From the NCBI GenBank assembly GCA_944332705.1, contig CALVKM010000005.1, positions 3,618 through 67,617 of the forward strand: DNA of 64,000 bases, written 5' to 3'. Shown one piece after another: positions 21,481 to 30,458 of this stretch. The notes beneath the pieces are model-generated. The model did not search any database. It was not told where the DNA came from and saw nothing but the letters and a program-made list of their open reading frames with translations. This stretch comes from an uncultured Bacilli bacterium (GTDB lineage: Bacteria > Bacillota_I > Bacilli_A > RF39 > UBA660). The position numbers and the translations under genes were made by a program. Position 1 is the first letter of the stretch. Each line of letters opens with the position of its first letter.

Positions 21481-22782
21481 ATGAAGACAGTATGTTTAAT
21501 AGGTAAACCTAATGTAGGAAAAAGTAGTATATTTAATAGATTAATAAAAGAAAAGAAAGCTATTATTATGGATACTCCAGGTATTACTCGAGATAGAATT
21601 TATGGAAAAGTAGAATATAATGGTAAATCTTTTCATTTAATTGATACTGGAGGAATATCTTTAGAAAATAATGATTTTGATAAAGAAATATTGATGCAAG
21701 CAGAGCTTGCTATAGATGAAGCAGATATTATTTTATTTGTAGTTGATGGTTTAAGTGAACTTGATAGAACAGATTATTATATTAAAGATTTATTACATAA
21801 ATCTGATAAAGATGTAATAGTAGTTGTAAATAAACTTGATAATACTAAAAGGATGGATAATATTTATAATTTTTATGAACTGGGTTTTAGTAAAGTTATG
21901 GGGGTAAGTGCTGAACATAATAAAGGATTTAAAGAGTTACTTGATGAGGTAACTAAAGACTTGGAAGAAGAAGTTAAAGATGAAAATAAAACTCTTAAAT
22001 TTTGTATTGTAGGAAGACCCAATGTTGGTAAGAGTAGTTTAGTTAATGCCCTAATAAATGATGAAAAGGCAATAGTTAGTGATATTGCAGGAACTACAAG
22101 GGATGCCATAGATACTACTTTTAAATATAATCATGAGGAATATACCGTTATTGATACGGCGGGGATGCGTAAAAAAGGCCGAATTTATGAAAGTGTAGAG
22201 AAATATAGTTTAGTAAGAAGTCTAAAAGCCATTGATAGAAGTGATGTGTGTGTTGTTGTAATTAATGCGGAGGAAGGCATTATTGAACATGATAAACATA
22301 TTATTTCTTATTGTTTGGACGCCGGCAAGGGATTAGTTATTTGTGTTAATAAATGGGATACTGTTAAAAATCCTGATCAAGATATTAAAACTTGGAAGGA
22401 ATTAATTAAACATGAACTGCAATTTATTCCTTATGCTAATGTTGTATTTTTAAGTGCACTAACCAAAAGAAGAATTAATACATTAATGCCAGAGATTATT
22501 AATGCTTATGAAAATAACAAAAAAGAAGTTAAAACATCAGTGTTAAATAATATTATTATGGATGCAGTATCAATTCATCAACCACCTTCTTATAAGGGAA
22601 AAAGACTTAAAATATATTTTGTTCATCAAGTTGATAATAAACCTCCGAAATTTGAATTACAAGTAAATGATAAAAAATTAGTGCATTTTAGTTATGAAAG
22701 ATATTTAGAAAATAAATTAAGAGAAAATATTGATTTTAGTGGAACACCAATAATATTACAGTTTAAAAATAAGGGTGAGTAA
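21481..22782 (+). CDS. der: ribosome biogenesis GTPase Der (EngA)
   Basis: Two GTPase domains (GKPNVGKSSIFNRL and GRPNVGKSSLVNAL) plus a KH-like C-terminus. GGGGGA RBS precedes ATG 21481; ATG 21469 is an alternative. Confidence 0.93.
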   Translation: MKTVCLIGKPNVGKSSIFNRLIKEKKAIIMDTPGITRDRIYGKVEYNGKSFHLIDTGGISLENNDFDKEILMQAELAIDEADIILFVVDGLSELDRTDYYIKDLLHKSDKDVIVVVNKLDNTKRMDNIYNFYELGFSKVMGVSAEHNKGFKELLDEVTKDLEEEVKDENKTLKFCIVGRPNVGKSSLVNALINDEKAIVSDIAGTTRDAIDTTFKYNHEEYTVIDTAGMRKKGRIYESVEKYSLVRSLKAIDRSDVCVVVINAEEGIIEHDKHIISYCLDAGKGLVICVNKWDTVKNPDQDIKTWKELIKHELQFIPYANVVFLSALTKRRINTLMPEIINAYENNKKEVKTSVLNNIIMDAVSIHQPPSYKGKRLKIYFVHQVDNKPPKFELQVNDKKLVHFSYERYLENKLRENIDFSGTPIILQFKNKGE

Positions 22783-22821
22783 CTCTTATTTTTTCTAACA
22801 TATAATATATTGGGTGATTTA

Positions 22822-23064
22822 ATGAAATTTGGTGATGATTTTTTTAAAAAAGTGGAAAAGAAAACTAATGTAAATAAAGAAACAATATTAGGACTAGCAC
22901 AGAAGCTTCAAAATGGAAATATGAAAGATGAAGCAACAATTAGAGAAGTTATTGATACATTAAGTGTTATGACAGGGAAGAAAGTTAATAAGGAATTAAG
23001 TGATAAAATAGTTAGTAAGATAATTAATGATAAAGTACCTGATAATGTGGATAAAATGTTTTAA
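22822..23064 (+). CDS. stage VI sporulation protein F-like
   Basis: 80 aa. MKFGDDFFKKVEKKTNVNKETILGLAQKLQNGNMKDEATIREVI...ELSDKIVSKI fits my recollection of the SpoVIF family pattern. Confidence 0.55.
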   Translation: MKFGDDFFKKVEKKTNVNKETILGLAQKLQNGNMKDEATIREVIDTLSVMTGKKVNKELSDKIVSKIINDKVPDNVDKMF

Positions 23065-23124
23065 TTGACGAATGCTTTAAAATGTGATACAATAATCTCT
23101 TCATTAAAAAGAGGAGTTGAGTTT

Positions 23125-23676
23125 ATGAAGAATGTAAATGAGCAAAGACATTTTTTAGCGTTGCTTAGAAGACCTGGGGACTATGTATTTATTGATACAT
23201 CTAAGTTAGATATATGTGGTAATTATTTAATTAGTTTAGAGAATATTGATGATTTTACTATGAAATATACTAAAGAAGAAATTATAGCTTCTATAAAAAG
23301 AGCAAATATTGCTGATGATACTTATTTAAATGGAGTGTTAGTTATTCAAGATAATCAAAAGCATAATCCGCTTCCTGTAATAGATAAAGATTTTTATGGA
23401 GATTTTAATGTATATTCTTATTTGAAAGAAAAAATAGATGATAAAAATAAGATAAGTAATATTATAAATAAATTTAGTGCTATAATAAAAGATGAAAGAA
23501 TAAGTAAAGATTTTAAAGAATATTTAAAAAGTGGTAATATAGAGATAGCATTAAATATATTATTTGATTTACCTTATTTAAATATTAGAAAATTTATTAT
23601 ATATTTAGTAGAAGAAAGAGCAAAAGAACAAGTTTTAGAAATTGAACCGGAATTAGTTAGAGATAAAGCAGCATAA
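23125..23676 (+). CDS. hypothetical protein
   Basis: GAGGAG RBS precedes ATG 23125 (ORF track 23065..23676). No family recognised. Confidence 0.5.
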   Translation: MKNVNEQRHFLALLRRPGDYVFIDTSKLDICGNYLISLENIDDFTMKYTKEEIIASIKRANIADDTYLNGVLVIQDNQKHNPLPVIDKDFYGDFNVYSYLKEKIDDKNKISNIINKFSAIIKDERISKDFKEYLKSGNIEIALNILFDLPYLNIRKFIIYLVEERAKEQVLEIEPELVRDKAA

Positions 23677-23734
23677 AGTTGCTTTTTTCTGTTAAAATTA
23701 AAGAAATTGTATTATAATATATAAAGGAGGTACT

Positions 23735-24895
23735 ATGTTTAGGAAAAAAAATAATATTGATACTGATGGATTGAATGAGATAATTTATTTAAGTAAAAAT
23801 ATTTTGAAGTTACTTTTTATTGTATTAATTATAAGTATTGTGCTTGTAGCTTTTATGCTTTGTAGAGAAATTGGAATATTTCGTTTTATTGGTAATGTCT
23901 TAAGTGTTATTTCGCCATTATTTATTGGGTTCGTTGTTGCTTGGTTATTTAATCCCTTAGTTAATAAAATGACTAAAAAAGGAATGTCGAGGATAATTGC
24001 TTCAATTATTGTTTATGTTATATTTATTTTATTTTTAGTAGTATTTTTTCGAGTTTTCATTCCGATTATTTATAAAGAATTAAATGAACTTATTGGAACT
24101 ATTCCATCAATTATAAGTGATATTACTAACTTTATTAATGATTTATTTACTAAAATAGATGATGTTGATGGCTTTGATATTGCAGCAATTAAAGATGGAA
24201 TACTTGATGCTATAACCGCTTATGGGAATAGTATATCATCTAACTTACCAACAACTATTATGAATATTATGGGTAGCTTATTTAGTGGACTCGGAAGTAT
24301 ATTCTTTGGACTTATAATCGGCCTTTATATGCTATTTGATTTTGATAATGTTACAGTTTTATTTTTAAAACTTATTCCAAGTCGTCATCAAATGGAAATT
24401 GCTGGTCTGCTCGATAAAATAGGAATAGAGGTAAGAAAGACTGTTAATGGAACACTGCTTGTTGCTTGTATGGTTTTTGTTTGTGATACAATAGGTTTTT
24501 CAATTATTGGTTTAAATTCAGCTCTTTTGTTTGGATTGTTCTGTGGAATTACCGATTTAATTCCTTATATTGGACCGTGGCTGGGAACTGCAATTGTAAC
24601 TATTGTTGGTTTAACTCAAAGTCCATTAGTAGGTCTTGGAGTATTAATAATTGCTGTAATTGTGCAAATGATTGAATCATATGTTTTACAACCAGTTGTT
24701 ATGAGTAAAGCAACAAATTTGCATCCAGTTACTATTATTTGTGGTTTGTTAATTTTTGGACATTTCTTTGGTATAGTGGGAATGATTTTAGCAACACCAA
24801 TTATGTCTATTATTAAAGTTATTTGGCATTTTTTAGTAGACAAATTTGATTTATTTAGTAAAAATAATATACAAAAAGTTGAAGAATCAGTGTAA
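23735..24895 (+). CDS. AI-2E family transporter (UPF0118/PerM-like)
   Basis: 386 aa, multi-pass, with the characteristic ITDLIPYIGPWLGTAIV motif. Confidence 0.8.
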   Translation: MFRKKNNIDTDGLNEIIYLSKNILKLLFIVLIISIVLVAFMLCREIGIFRFIGNVLSVISPLFIGFVVAWLFNPLVNKMTKKGMSRIIASIIVYVIFILFLVVFFRVFIPIIYKELNELIGTIPSIISDITNFINDLFTKIDDVDGFDIAAIKDGILDAITAYGNSISSNLPTTIMNIMGSLFSGLGSIFFGLIIGLYMLFDFDNVTVLFLKLIPSRHQMEIAGLLDKIGIEVRKTVNGTLLVACMVFVCDTIGFSIIGLNSALLFGLFCGITDLIPYIGPWLGTAIVTIVGLTQSPLVGLGVLIIAVIVQMIESYVLQPVVMSKATNLHPVTIICGLLIFGHFFGIVGMILATPIMSIIKVIWHFLVDKFDLFSKNNIQKVEESV

Positions 24896-24946
24896 CTGTG
24901 ATATATTATTGTTGTAGTCGTTGAATTAAGATGATAAATAATTGTT

Positions 24947-25100
24947 TTCCTAGAGATTTAGTGGTTGGTGGAAACTAAAAAGATGGTTATTTATTTGCTG
25001 CTTAAGGAGACTAAACGTGGGGCCGCGTTAAGGTAAATTAAGTTAAATAAAGGATGGTACCGTGCTTTAGCACTCCTTGTACTTTCCTTTTTTGTTTTTT
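24947..25100 (+). promoter_or_regulatory. T-box leader (probably Ala-specific) with terminator
   Basis: Stem I start TAGAGATTTAGTGGTTGGTGGAAA and T-box AAAGGATGGTACCGTG at 25049-25064. Terminator GGATGGTAC...GTACTTTCC plus a T-run at 25088-25100. GCU-G at 24997-25000 is a candidate specifier. alaS lies downstream. Confidence 0.8.
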
Positions 25101-25114
25101 GAAAGGGTGAATTT

Positions 25115-25660
25115 ATGAAAATATTTGTTGTTGGGGGTAAAAGTGGCTCTGGCAAAGGTGAAGTTGCTAAAATGATTGAAGAATATTACATTTATAAATT
25201 GAAAAAATGTGTTATTACGGAATTTAGTAAATATTTAAAAAATTTTGCTAAGGAACTAACTGATTGGGATGGAGTTAGTCAAAATAAACCACGAGATTTT
25301 TTGCAAAGCTTTGGTTCAACTATTAGATCGTATGATAAGTATTTTTTTACTAAAAGAATGATTGAAGATATTAATATTTATGCTTTAGCAAGTATTGATG
25401 TTGTAGTTATAGCTGATGCCAGAATGCCAGAGGAATTTGAAGAAATGAAAGAAAATTATGATGATGTTTATAGTATTTTAGTAGAAAATCAATTTGCTAA
25501 AAGCAAGTTAACAGTTGAACAACAAGCCCATATTACCGAAACAGCTTTAGAAGATTATAATGAGTTTGATATAACTTTAGCAAATGATAATTTAGATTTA
25601 TTAAAACAAAAAGTATTTAAATTTTTAGATGAGGTGGAAAGTAATGAAACAATTAACTAG
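25115..25660 (+). CDS. P-loop kinase, phage-type deoxynucleoside-monophosphate kinase-like
   Basis: GGKSGSGKG Walker A. RDFLQSFGSTIR and VVIADARMPEE resemble the dNMP kinase pattern (R..LQ..G...R and D.R..NE). Confidence 0.5.
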   Translation: MKIFVVGGKSGSGKGEVAKMIEEYYIYKLKKCVITEFSKYLKNFAKELTDWDGVSQNKPRDFLQSFGSTIRSYDKYFFTKRMIEDINIYALASIDVVVIADARMPEEFEEMKENYDDVYSILVENQFAKSKLTVEQQAHITETALEDYNEFDITLANDNLDLLKQKVFKFLDEVESNETIN

Positions 25661-27422
25661 TAGGGAATTAAGGGATTTTTATTTAAAATTTTTTGAAAGT
25701 CATAACCATGCTATTATTCCGTCATCTTCAATTGTTCCTGAAAATGATCCAACAGTGTTATTTACAACTGCAGGAATGCATCCACTTGTTCCATACTTAC
25801 TTGGTGAACATCATCCCGCTGGTAAAAGATTATGCGACTGTCAAAAATGTATAAGAACTAGTGATATTGATGAAGTAGGGGATGCATCACACTTAACTTT
25901 TTTTGAAATGCTAGGTAACTGGTCTTTAGGGGATTATTTTAAGAGTGAAGCTATTGCTATGAGTTATGAATTTTTAACAAGTAAAGATTATTTAAATATT
26001 CCTAAAGATAAATTATATTTTACTTGCTTTGCTGGTGATGAAGATGCTCCAAGGGATGAAGAAAGTTATAATATATGGAGAAGTTTAGGTGTTGCTGAAG
26101 ATCATTTATTTTACTTACCTAAAGAAAATAATTTCTGGATTTTAGGTAGTGGTGTTGGTCCATGTGGTCCAGATACCGAAATGTTTTATGATACCGGCAA
26201 ACCTAAATGTAAAGAGGATTGTAGTCCCGCTTGTGATTGTGGTAAGTATTTAGAAATTTGGAATGATGTATTTATGGAATACTACCGTGATGAAAATGGT
26301 AACTTAACTAAACTTGCTCAACAAAATGTTGATACCGGTATGGGATTAGAGCGAACAATTACAGTACTTAATGGTTTAGAATCAGTATATGACTCTGATG
26401 TATTTGCTAATTTAAAAGCAAAACTAGAAGAATTATCTGGTAAAAATTACGAAGATAATAAAAAAAGTTTTCGTATTATCATGGATCATGTAAGAACTTC
26501 AACATTTATTTTAGGGGATGATTACGCTATTACACCATCGAATGTTGGAGCAGGTTATGTTTTAAGAAGACTAATAAGAAGAGCTATTAGACACTTAAGA
26601 AAGCTTGGTTTAATGGAAGATGCTTTAGTAAAACTTGCTGATGTAGTTATAAATGATTATAAAGATATCTATAATGAACTTGAACGCAATAAAAAATTTA
26701 TTCATCACGAATTAGAAAATGAAGGTATTAAATTTGGTAAAACCATTAAAGATGGTGAAAAATTATTTTATAAAGTTATCAAACATTTAGATGGTGATAC
26801 CATTAGTGGAGCTGATGCTTTTAAATTATTTGATACTTTTGGTTTCCCTTTAGAAATGACTGAAGAATTAGCCCACGAAAATAATCTCACAGTTGATGTT
26901 GATGGTTTTAATGAAGCATTTAAGGAGCATCAAGAAAAATCAAGAACTATTGATGCCGGATCATTTAAAGGTGGCCTTGCTGATAGCTCTTATGAATCAA
27001 CTAAATACCATACACTTGCTCATCTTATGCTTGCGTCTTTACAACAAATGTATGGACCTGATATTATTCAAAAGGGTTGTAATATTACAAGTGAACGAAT
27101 TCGTTTTGATTTTAATTTAGATCATAAGATGACTGATGAAGAAAAGTGCGAATTAACTAAAATAGTTAATGAAAAAATAAATGAAGGTATTCCTGTAACT
27201 ATGGAAGAAATACCTTATGAAGAAGCTAAAGCCAAGGGTGCTCATGGTACTTTTGAAGATAAATATGGTAGCATTGTTAAAGTATATTCTATTGGAGATT
27301 TCTCTAAAGAAATTTGTGGGGGACCACATGTAAGTAATACAAATGAACTTGGTACATTTAAAATAATCAAAGAAGAATCATCATCGGCAGGTGTCAGAAG
27401 AATTAAAGCAGTATTAGAATAA
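25644..27422 (+). CDS. alaS: alanine--tRNA ligase, compact form lacking the C-Ala domain
   Basis: N-terminus MKQLTSRELRDFYLKFFESHNHAIIPSSSIVPENDPTVLFTTAGM, editing-core motifs HTLAHL and CGGPHV, ends at GVRRIKAVLE. GAGGTGG RBS precedes ATG 25644. Confidence 0.88.
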   Translation: MKQLTSRELRDFYLKFFESHNHAIIPSSSIVPENDPTVLFTTAGMHPLVPYLLGEHHPAGKRLCDCQKCIRTSDIDEVGDASHLTFFEMLGNWSLGDYFKSEAIAMSYEFLTSKDYLNIPKDKLYFTCFAGDEDAPRDEESYNIWRSLGVAEDHLFYLPKENNFWILGSGVGPCGPDTEMFYDTGKPKCKEDCSPACDCGKYLEIWNDVFMEYYRDENGNLTKLAQQNVDTGMGLERTITVLNGLESVYDSDVFANLKAKLEELSGKNYEDNKKSFRIIMDHVRTSTFILGDDYAITPSNVGAGYVLRRLIRRAIRHLRKLGLMEDALVKLADVVINDYKDIYNELERNKKFIHHELENEGIKFGKTIKDGEKLFYKVIKHLDGDTISGADAFKLFDTFGFPLEMTEELAHENNLTVDVDGFNEAFKEHQEKSRTIDAGSFKGGLADSSYESTKYHTLAHLMLASLQQMYGPDIIQKGCNITSERIRFDFNLDHKMTDEEKCELTKIVNEKINEGIPVTMEEIPYEEAKAKGAHGTFEDKYGSIVKVYSIGDFSKEICGGPHVSNTNELGTFKIIKEESSSAGVRRIKAVLE

Positions 27423-27907
27423 TGAATTATTTAGGTAGTAAAAAAATTGTTACTAAACGTTTAGAATTAAGACCCCAGATGATGGATGAACAAAAATACT
27501 TGTGGGATTTATTGATGATTCCAGAGGTTAATAGATATTTTCTATCTGTTCCAAGAAAATTTAGAGAAAAAATCAAAGATTGGTCTATTCAAGAGGGTAT
27601 TTATCAAGAAAAGATGAAACATGCAAATGATTCTAATGTATTTGAATGGAGTATCTTTTTAAAAGATACCAATGAATGTATTGGTAGAATAGTATGTCAA
27701 GAAATTGATTCTAACTCTCCTGATATTAGAGATGTCGGTTGGTTAATTGATCCAATTCATCAAAATAAAGGTTATGTTACGGAGGCTGCCACATCTATGC
27801 TTGAATTTATGTTTAATGATTGTGATATTACTGCAATTCATACTGGAGCAGCTATCGAAAATCCTGCCTCATGGAAAGTTATGGAAAAATTAGGGTTTAT
27901 TAGATAA
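27422..27907 (+). CDS. GNAT N-acetyltransferase (RimJ/RimL-like), truncated by an in-frame TAA
   Basis: KRLELRP...GYVTEAATSMLEFMF...NPASWKVMEKLGF. The frame continues after TAA 27905-27907 for 31 more codons to TGA 28001-28003, with a GNAT-like tail. Confidence 0.7.
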   Translation: MNYLGSKKIVTKRLELRPQMMDEQKYLWDLLMIPEVNRYFLSVPRKFREKIKDWSIQEGIYQEKMKHANDSNVFEWSIFLKDTNECIGRIVCQEIDSNSPDIRDVGWLIDPIHQNKGYVTEAATSMLEFMFNDCDITAIHTGAAIENPASWKVMEKLGFIR

Positions 27908-28012
27908 GATGAAATAGTTTGGTATGATTATACATTTTTAGATGAACCAGTACAAGGTTATAAATATTATTTTACTAAAGAACAATTTTTAAATAGGATG
28001 TGATGTTTTTTA

Positions 28013-28387
28013 ATGGAAAGGGAAAATAATCTGAAAATTTTAACACGATACGAAATTGAAACTGCTTTAGCTAAATTGATTTTTTATTTGCTAGCATCGT
28101 CAAAATATGAACCATATAAAGAATATAAAAATAAGTTTGAAGAAATGTTAGAAATTGTAATGTTATGGGTTAAATATTATGTGGATAACGACAATTTACT
28201 TAATATGACAGATGATGAGGTAATAAGTATTCAAAAATTAATGGATGAAATACCAAATGATGCTTGGAATGGAGATTATTTTGAAGAAGTAGATATATGG
28301 TTAAGCACAGTTATATTTTATGGTAGTTGCCCAGTTAATCAAGAATATGATGAAAGTAAAATAATTAGAAAAGGAAAAGTAACTTAA
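28013..28387 (+). CDS. hypothetical acidic protein
   Basis: 124-aa ORF followed by a terminator. No family recognised. Confidence 0.45.
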   Translation: MERENNLKILTRYEIETALAKLIFYLLASSKYEPYKEYKNKFEEMLEIVMLWVKYYVDNDNLLNMTDDEVISIQKLMDEIPNDAWNGDYFEEVDIWLSTVIFYGSCPVNQEYDESKIIRKGKVT

Positions 28388-28407
28388 TGTTACCTTTTCT
28401 TTTTTTG
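28373..28407 (+). terminator. rho-independent terminator
   Basis: GGAAAAGTAAC / GTTACCTTTTC stem with one bulge, then T7. Confidence 0.65.
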
Positions 28408-28411
28408 AAAT

Positions 28412-28463
28412 AAAATTCCTGGAATCGTGAGAAATTGGCACTTCAAAATTCTTGGAATCGTGA
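28412..28463 (+). repeat. two 19-nt direct repeats upstream of rsgA (candidate regulator site)
   Basis: AAAATTCCTGGAATCGTGA at 28412-28430 and AAAATTCTTGGAATCGTGA at 28445-28463. They match at 18/19 nt and are 33 nt apart. Confidence 0.6.
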
Positions 28464-28524
28464 TTTTGTATTGTACTTTTAGCAAAATACATGATAAAAT
28501 ATTTCTTGAAAGGTATTTAGGTCT

Positions 28525-29589
28525 ATGGCTCACTATAATTCTTATGAAAGCTTTAAAACTAAAAAAAGTATTAAAAAGAAGGAACAAGCAAAAAATAAAT
28601 CTTTGGTAAAAACTAAAGATGATTTTGTAGTTTCTAAATCTTCAAATTATGGTATAGTTTTAGAAGTTAAATATAATGATATCTTTGTAATTTATGAAAA
28701 TGTTGTAGTTAAAGCAACTTTAAGAAAAGATTTAAATGAAATAGCTAATCAAGTTTTATTTGTGGGAGATAAAGTAGAACTTATTAAAGATGATGATAAA
28801 TATATAGTAAAACATTTAATTAAAAGAAATAGGGTATTATCTAGAACTAAAAAAGATAGTACTAAACTTGATGATATAGGGAAATCGGGGGTTATTGCCA
28901 CCAACATAGATATAGCAGTAATTGTAGTAAGTTGTAAGGAACCACCTTTACATCCTAAATTTATTGATAGATATTTAATGATTTTACAAAACTCTAATAT
29001 ACCAGCAATTATCTGTTTAAATAAATGTGATTTAAAAACTTTAGAAGAAGAGAAAATACTAGATATATATCGTAAGTTAAATATAATAGTTATTGAAACA
29101 TCTACTTACAAAATGCTAGGTATTGATGAATTAAAGAAATATTTAAAAGGGAAACAAGCTATATTTGTTGGTAATAGTGGAGTTGGTAAATCATCACTTA
29201 CTAATGCTTTATTAAGTGATGATTCTATTAAAACTGGTAATGTTAGTGATAAAAGTAAAAGAGGAAGACATACTACAACTTCATCTAAATATTACTTATG
29301 GGATAATAATTCATCAATAATTGATACTCCAGGAATAAGAAGTTTAGATGTATCAAATTTTAAGCCAATTGAAATTCAACAGTATTTTCCGGAATTTAAA
29401 AATAGTAATAAATGTAAATATAGTGATTGTTTGCATTTTCATGAACCAATTAATAGTTGTTTTATAAAACAAGAAGTTATTAATGGATATATAAATATAA
29501 ATAGGTATATTAGTTATTTAAGAATAATGAGTGATATATTAAATGAAGAATATATAGATATCTTAAATGAAATAAGTAAGGAGGATTAA
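28525..29589 (+). CDS. rsgA: ribosome small subunit-dependent GTPase A (RsgA/CpgA/YjeQ)
   Basis: Circularly permuted GTPase (NKCDL, then GNSGVGKSSLTNAL, DTPG) and a C-terminal zinc knuckle CKYSDCLHFHEPINC. Confidence 0.9.
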   Translation: MAHYNSYESFKTKKSIKKKEQAKNKSLVKTKDDFVVSKSSNYGIVLEVKYNDIFVIYENVVVKATLRKDLNEIANQVLFVGDKVELIKDDDKYIVKHLIKRNRVLSRTKKDSTKLDDIGKSGVIATNIDIAVIVVSCKEPPLHPKFIDRYLMILQNSNIPAIICLNKCDLKTLEEEKILDIYRKLNIIVIETSTYKMLGIDELKKYLKGKQAIFVGNSGVGKSSLTNALLSDDSIKTGNVSDKSKRGRHTTTSSKYYLWDNNSSIIDTPGIRSLDVSNFKPIEIQQYFPEFKNSNKCKYSDCLHFHEPINSCFIKQEVINGYININRYISYLRIMSDILNEEYIDILNEISKED

Positions 29590-29918
29590 TGGAATACTGG
29601 GATATTTATGATGAATTTAAAAATAAAACTGGTAAAGTCTTAAAAAGGGGAGATAAGCTAAATGATGATGAATATCATTTAGTTACTAATGCGTGGATTA
29701 AAAATAGTAAAGGAGAATTTCTAATTACTCAAAGGTCTAGTACTAAAGCTCATCCTTTAATGTGGGAATGTACTGGTGGTTCAGCAGTTTTAGGAGAAGA
29801 TACTTATATGGCAGCAATGTGGGCAAGTAGTGATAAAATAAGAATACTTTATGATAATAATATGTTTGAAGCTAATGCTTATTTTGAAGACATAGTTTTT
29901 GGTAGTAATAATGAATAG
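29589..29918 (+). CDS. Nudix-family remnant lacking the Nudix box (internal deletion)
   Basis: The N-terminus MEYWDIYDEFKNKTG...GGSAVLGEDTYMAAM matches Idi-like Nudix proteins. The sequence then jumps to a C-terminal-like WASSDKIRILYDNNMFE, and no REUXEEXGU is present. Confidence 0.5.
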   Translation: MEYWDIYDEFKNKTGKVLKRGDKLNDDEYHLVTNAWIKNSKGEFLITQRSSTKAHPLMWECTGGSAVLGEDTYMAAMWASSDKIRILYDNNMFEANAYFEDIVFGSNNE

Positions 29919-30456
29919 TGGTTTAGTTACTTTAAGAAGATTAAAAAACGATATTAAAGATTATGAACTACTGACTAAATGGTATCAGAAAGAAGAAATA
30001 TATACTCATTTTGAACAGAGAAAATTATCTTTGGATGAAATAAAGAAAAAATATTATCCAAGAACTTTGGATAATGCAAAAGTTCCTGTTTATATGATTG
30101 AATATCAAAATAAACCAGTAGGTATAATTCAATATCAATTAATTGATGATGATAATAAAAATTTATATGGAATAACAAATGACAATTGTTATGAAATAGA
30201 TATTTTTATCGGAGAGATATCATTACATAACCTTGGTATTGGTAAAACTGTTATTGATTTAATAAGTGATTATTTATTTAAAGAAAAGAATGCTAGCCTT
30301 TTAGTTATGTGTCCTTTAGAAGATAATATTAATGCTATTAAATGCTATAGTAAATGTGGTTTTAAAATAATAAGGGAATTTGAAACAGAAAATACAATTG
30401 GAATAATTAAAAAATATGTATTGATGATAAAAAAATTAAATAAAAAAGGAAGATAA
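29911..30456 (+). CDS. GNAT acetyltransferase resembling aminoglycoside 6'-N-acetyltransferase AAC(6')-Ie type
   Basis: LRRLKNDIKDYELLTKWY..., MIEYQNKPVGIIQYQ and YEIDIFIGE...GIGKTVIDLISDYLFKEKNASLLVMCPLEDNINAIKCYSKCGFKII parallel the AAC(6')-Ie domain as I recall it. Confidence 0.6.
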   Translation: MNSGLVTLRRLKNDIKDYELLTKWYQKEEIYTHFEQRKLSLDEIKKKYYPRTLDNAKVPVYMIEYQNKPVGIIQYQLIDDDNKNLYGITNDNCYEIDIFIGEISLHNLGIGKTVIDLISDYLFKEKNASLLVMCPLEDNINAIKCYSKCGFKIIREFETENTIGIIKKYVLMIKKLNKKGR

Positions 30457-30458
30457 TA

